DNA of 64,000 nucleotides from Bdellovibrionales bacterium (GTDB lineage Bacteria; Bdellovibrionota; Bdellovibrionia; Bdellovibrionales; UBA1609): NCBI GenBank assembly GCA_965205945.1, contig CBDBIB010000002.1, positions 224,001 to 288,000 of the forward strand, read 5' to 3'. Shown piece by piece: positions 60,047 to 64,000 of this stretch (position 1 is its first letter; each line of letters starts with the position of its first letter). The notes under the pieces were generated by a model. It saw only the letters and a program-made list of their open reading frames with translations, ran no database searches and was not told where the DNA came from. The position numbers and the translations under genes were made by a program.

Positions 60047-61645
60047 ATGATCAATAGCCTTGAGCTTTTTATAAAAAAAAAAGATGCTAAAGGTGTGACA
60101 AAAAAATGGTTAGATAGAAGACGTTCTTATTTACAAAAACTTAAGTTCCAAGCAGGACTTATTGCTGGTTATGAAAGTTCTGAAATTCTAGACTATGCCA
60201 TGAGTAATGTAAATTTGTATAAAAAAGTTTGGTTTAAAGACTCAGAGGCTGAGTTTTTTAAATATTGTGCTAATAAAAAAGTCATACTATGTGGAGATTT
60301 TCATAGTTCTCCTTCAATTAAGAGATTTTACATAAGATTGTTTAAGAGTCGCTCTAAATCTTTAGCTTTATCTTCAATTATAGCTTTAGAGTGCTTTGAA
60401 AAAAGTAAGGACTCACTCCTTCAAGAATGGTTAAACGGAAATTTAAGTGATGATAAACTTTTAAAAGATTGTGCATGGGATAAAAATTGGGGTTTTAGTT
60501 GGAAGTCTTATAAAAACTTTATTTTACAACTTAAAAATTTAGGTTTTGAACTTAGGGGGATTAACTCATTAAATAAGGACTTTAAGCAAAGAGATTGTGA
60601 GTTGGCGCAAAACCTTGCAGAATTGTCCGAAAAAGGAAAAAAGATTTTTTGCTTTATGGGGCAGTATCACTTAGGTCCAGAGAATTTACCTAAAAACATA
60701 GAGCAAGTTTTAGGTGCGGATCAAATAGCTTGCTTACATGTAGACCCTGAAGAGATTTATTTTATATTAGAAGAATATAATTTATTAAAAGATATTCAGG
60801 TTTTAAGTTTAAACAATCATTTTTGCTTTTTAAGCACTCCCCCATGGGTACATTGGCAGAATCATTTACATCATCTTGATAACTTATATAAAGAGGGCGA
60901 TGATGAAGAAAATCAAGATAAACTTAGAGGAGAGGATTACAACGCAGTCGTTTTTGACTATGTTCAGCTTTTAAGAAAAGATTTAAATATTACAGAAGAA
61001 TTAAAACAAATTGATATAGCTTTTATTGATGAATACCTTATTAAAGGTAGAATTAAGGGGAAAAAAATATACGAGATTATGCAACCTCTTTTAGACTCAG
61101 AAACATCTTTTTATTGGCCGGAGCATGTTGAAGGGATAATGGTTGAAAGCTCTTTAAATCAGGCGGCTTGTGTTGCTGGTAAGTACTTGCATGTAAGTTT
61201 AATGAAAACAGATAAACTTCCATGGGGGGAGACGGACAGTTTTGAGGCATGGTGTTGGCTTGAAGCTATTGGTCATATGTTAAGCAAACTAATCAACCCT
61301 AAAAGAGCAGTAGCTGCTAGGAGTAGTTTAAGCGCATTTTTAAGTGCTCGTTTTGGAAAAAAGCAAGGAGCTAAGCTTTTAAAAACCCTGGTTCACGAGA
61401 ATGTATTAGAGCTAGATCAAGGGAGAAAAAAGATCGACCTAAAAGCATTAACATGGCCTGAGATTGTTTATGCATCTCGTTTAAAAGGGTCGTTAGTAGG
61501 AGAAAGCCTTTTTAAATTGTATTTAAAAGGTAAAATCTCCTCAGAAACTTTGCGAACCTATTTAAGTGTACCTATTGATAATAAGAAAAGGTTTAGCGAG
61601 TTTTATAATTTGGTTTTACAACGATTAGATATGAGACAAGATTAA
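60047..61645 (+). CDS. ChaN-like (haem-binding/TIKI-fold) hypothetical protein
   Basis: ILCGDFH, ALECF, W...WGF.W..Y, RD, GQYHL. Confidence 0.6.
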   Translation: MINSLELFIKKKDAKGVTKKWLDRRRSYLQKLKFQAGLIAGYESSEILDYAMSNVNLYKKVWFKDSEAEFFKYCANKKVILCGDFHSSPSIKRFYIRLFKSRSKSLALSSIIALECFEKSKDSLLQEWLNGNLSDDKLLKDCAWDKNWGFSWKSYKNFILQLKNLGFELRGINSLNKDFKQRDCELAQNLAELSEKGKKIFCFMGQYHLGPENLPKNIEQVLGADQIACLHVDPEEIYFILEEYNLLKDIQVLSLNNHFCFLSTPPWVHWQNHLHHLDNLYKEGDDEENQDKLRGEDYNAVVFDYVQLLRKDLNITEELKQIDIAFIDEYLIKGRIKGKKIYEIMQPLLDSETSFYWPEHVEGIMVESSLNQAACVAGKYLHVSLMKTDKLPWGETDSFEAWCWLEAIGHMLSKLINPKRAVAARSSLSAFLSARFGKKQGAKLLKTLVHENVLELDQGRKKIDLKALTWPEIVYASRLKGSLVGESLFKLYLKGKISSETLRTYLSVPIDNKKRFSEFYNLVLQRLDMRQD

Positions 61646-61656
61646 AGGGGAGGGGT

Positions 61657-62736
61657 ATGAACAGTAGTATAAATAATAAGTGGTATGTTTCTATTCAAAA
61701 TAAAGCTAAAGGCCCTTATTCAGACCTTCAAATGAGAGAAAAGATACAAAGTGGAGAGTTTAAAAGGGATATGCTTGTTTATAAAGAAGGGGAGACGGAT
61801 TGGTTATCGTTAGAAAAGCAAGATATTTGGACTCCAGGTTTTATCCCTAAGCATCCTTTAGAAACTAAAGACTCAAGAGATTGGGTTTTATTAGTGGAAA
61901 GTCCAATTAAGCAAGGAGACTATGAACAGCAAGGACCTTTTACTCGATTTGAAGTCGAAGAAAAAGTTAAAATAGGAGAGGTACATTTAAAAGATTTTTG
62001 TTGGAGACAGGGAATGCAAAATTGGCAGCCTTTAGTGAAAACTCATGAGTTAGGATTTCCAAGAAAAGAAAAGATTACTTTTAAAGAAAATAAAAATTCG
62101 GCGGTAAGTTTTACTGCTGATTTTTTAAAAGAGAGTAAAAAAGATGATACAAAAAAAATAGCCTTAGACTTTTATGATCAAATCCCTGAGTTTGTTCCTC
62201 CAGAAGAACTTGAACAAAAAAAAACAAAAACAGATTTAGTTAAAGTTTTTAAAACAAAGTTGTTGCCTCCTATTATAGATAAAGAGGGAGAACAAAGAGA
62301 GATTGTGTCATACTTGGTTTTAGTTGCAGTTTGTTTTTTTACGGCTTTTTACATAGGCTCTTATAACAGTGTAAATATCTTAAAAGGAATTGAGTTTGTA
62401 GGAAAGGGAGCTGCAAGTTTTGCACAAAAAATTCTACCAACAACTCCTAAAATTAGTTATATTTTTTTAAGAGAACTTGCATTAACAAGAGGAACAATTT
62501 TAGTTAAAACAGATGGTAAACCTGGAATTAATATAATAGCGAAAATTAAAGATGAGAATGGGACAATTATAAGAACTTTAGATGGTAAAAAATCATTAAC
62601 TCTTAAAGCCAATGAAAACGGAGAGGCTTTTTTAGGTATGTCGCAGTTTAAGGTTGAGGTAGGAAAAGCCTATCTTTTAACAACTAAGGTTGGTCAACTT
62701 ACAGCTAAAAAAACTTATTTTCATTCAAAAAAATAA
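61657..62736 (+). CDS. Tandem GYF_2 (DUF4339) domain membrane protein
   Basis: Two W...GP(Y/F)....G......(W/Y).EG...W repeats; one TM; C-terminal beta domain. Confidence 0.8.
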   Translation: MNSSINNKWYVSIQNKAKGPYSDLQMREKIQSGEFKRDMLVYKEGETDWLSLEKQDIWTPGFIPKHPLETKDSRDWVLLVESPIKQGDYEQQGPFTRFEVEEKVKIGEVHLKDFCWRQGMQNWQPLVKTHELGFPRKEKITFKENKNSAVSFTADFLKESKKDDTKKIALDFYDQIPEFVPPEELEQKKTKTDLVKVFKTKLLPPIIDKEGEQREIVSYLVLVAVCFFTAFYIGSYNSVNILKGIEFVGKGAASFAQKILPTTPKISYIFLRELALTRGTILVKTDGKPGINIIAKIKDENGTIIRTLDGKKSLTLKANENGEAFLGMSQFKVEVGKAYLLTTKVGQLTAKKTYFHSKK

Positions 62737-62750
62737 ATAGTAAGGTTTTT

Positions 62751-64000
62751 ATGATTGAAAAAAAAAAATTAAGACTTGCAAAAGATATACAAGAATTTTT
62801 TCTGGAATTATGGACTACTAACGAAATTTATAGGTTTTTAGAAAAACCTAAACAAAAAAAAATGGGACATATTTGCTTACCTGTTTTTAGGCTATCTAAA
62901 GAACTTAAAAAAACTCCAGTATTAATAGCATCACAAGTAGCAAAAAGTATTTCTCTTAAGAACCTTTTGTATATTCAAAAAGTAGACTCTGTTTCTGGGT
63001 ATATTAATTTTTTTTGGAAAAGTGATTTTTTAAAAACTACATTAGTAGAATTTTGTAAAAATGATCAGCTTGGTTTTTCTTCTTTAGGTCATGGGAAAAA
63101 AATTATTATTGATTACTCAAGCCCTAATGTTGCTAAACCTATGCACGTAGGTCATTTAAGAGCAACTATTATTGGACAAGCTTTAAGGAATTTGGCTGAA
63201 ACACAAGGATTTAAAGTTATAGGACTAAATCACTTAGGAGACTGGGGGGTTCAGTTTGGTAAGCTTGCTTGGGCCTATAAAAAATGGGGGTCTGAGTATG
63301 ATTTTAAAAATAAACCCTTTGAATCCTTATATGATCTTTATGTGCTCTTTCATAGTGAAACTAAAGAACACCCTGAATATGAAGTAAAAGGTGCTAAAAC
63401 TTTTAAAGCTTTAGAAGATGGTGATGAAGGACTTTTAAAGCTTTGGAAAATGTTTATTGATATTTCAATGAAAGAGTATAAAAAAACGTGGAAAAGATTA
63501 GGTGTTTTTCATGATCTTGTTTGTGGAGAGAGCTTTTATTCAGATAAACTTGATCATATTGTAGGTCTTTTAAAGAGAAAAAATCTTTTAGTTCAAAGTA
63601 AAGGAGCATGGGTTGTTAAACTTGATGAAAAAAGGCCTCCTTGTTTAATTACTAAAAGTGATGGCGCCTCTTTGTATGCCACAAGAGATCTTGCAAGTGC
63701 TCTTTATAGAATGCAAGAGCTTAAATGTGATATTAATTTATATGTCACAGGCCATGAGCAAAAACTTCATTTTTCTCAAATTTTTTCTGTTTTAAAGAAA
63801 ATGGGTTATCAGTGGGTAAAAGATTGCCATCATATTTCTTTTGGAATGTATCGCTTTAAAAATGTAGGTAAAATGTCTTCAAGAAAAGGTCAGGTTATTA
63901 AACTTAATGATGTTTTAAATAAAGCGGTTGAAATAGTGATGAAAAGAATTATAGAAAAAAATCCAAATCTTGAGAATAAAGATAAGACTGCTGAAATTGT
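62751..64000 (+). CDS. argS: Arginine--tRNA ligase, runs off the window end (absent from the ORF track)
   Basis: From ATG 62751: GYINF, DYSSPNVAKPMHVGHLR, NHLGDWGVQFG, GESFY, KSDGASLYATRD, KMSSRKG. Confidence 0.97.
   Translation, partial: MIEKKKLRLAKDIQEFFLELWTTNEIYRFLEKPKQKKMGHICLPVFRLSKELKKTPVLIASQVAKSISLKNLLYIQKVDSVSGYINFFWKSDFLKTTLVEFCKNDQLGFSSLGHGKKIIIDYSSPNVAKPMHVGHLRATIIGQALRNLAETQGFKVIGLNHLGDWGVQFGKLAWAYKKWGSEYDFKNKPFESLYDLYVLFHSETKEHPEYEVKGAKTFKALEDGDEGLLKLWKMFIDISMKEYKKTWKRLGVFHDLVCGESFYSDKLDHIVGLLKRKNLLVQSKGAWVVKLDEKRPPCLITKSDGASLYATRDLASALYRMQELKCDINLYVTGHEQKLHFSQIFSVLKKMGYQWVKDCHHISFGMYRFKNVGKMSSRKGQVIKLNDVLNKAVEIVMKRIIEKNPNLENKDKTAEI

Overview
AT-rich (roughly 30% GC by eye) bacterial chromosome segment with most genes on the + strand. 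Gene content and order point to a Bdellovibrionota-like organism; this is inference, not a database result. The housekeeping backbone is: Leu/Glu dehydrogenase 3' end, yfgM-bamB-like pair, msrB, MscS, stand-alone long rpsN, monomeric icd, tRNA-Leu(CAA), carD-gltX-uvrB-uvrC, xerD, rnhA, system II cytochrome c biogenesis genes, a complete alternative complex III operon (actABCDEF), ahpC, murI, an IMPDH/GMP-reductase-family gene, trhO, an ABC-2 exporter, ffh-rpsP-khpA-rimM-trmD-rplS-rnhB, lptD, a VKOR-DsbA fusion and the 5' part of argS. Small accessory islets rich in secreted proteins and IS scars interrupt this backbone. The most unusual element is a 363-aa mini-Rhs gene: a Sec signal peptide fused directly to an intact Rhs autoproteolytic core (no YD shell), then an amphipathic helix/di-Cys segment and a TccC-like C-terminal domain. 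It has no immunity gene and lies, with an IS903-group relic, between 12-bp direct repeats. Other oddities: a truncated Leu-type tRNA with a Gln (UUG) anticodon, a DNA Pol III psi/UDG-fold-like ORF behind uvrC, a -1 frameshifted YHYH lipoprotein with an in-frame slippery heptamer, a spondin-domain lipoprotein, an intact IS982, and a repeat-expanding secreted protein plus a trypsin-like protease behind a sigma28-like promoter. No CRISPR array, rRNA, prophage or reverse transcriptase was seen.
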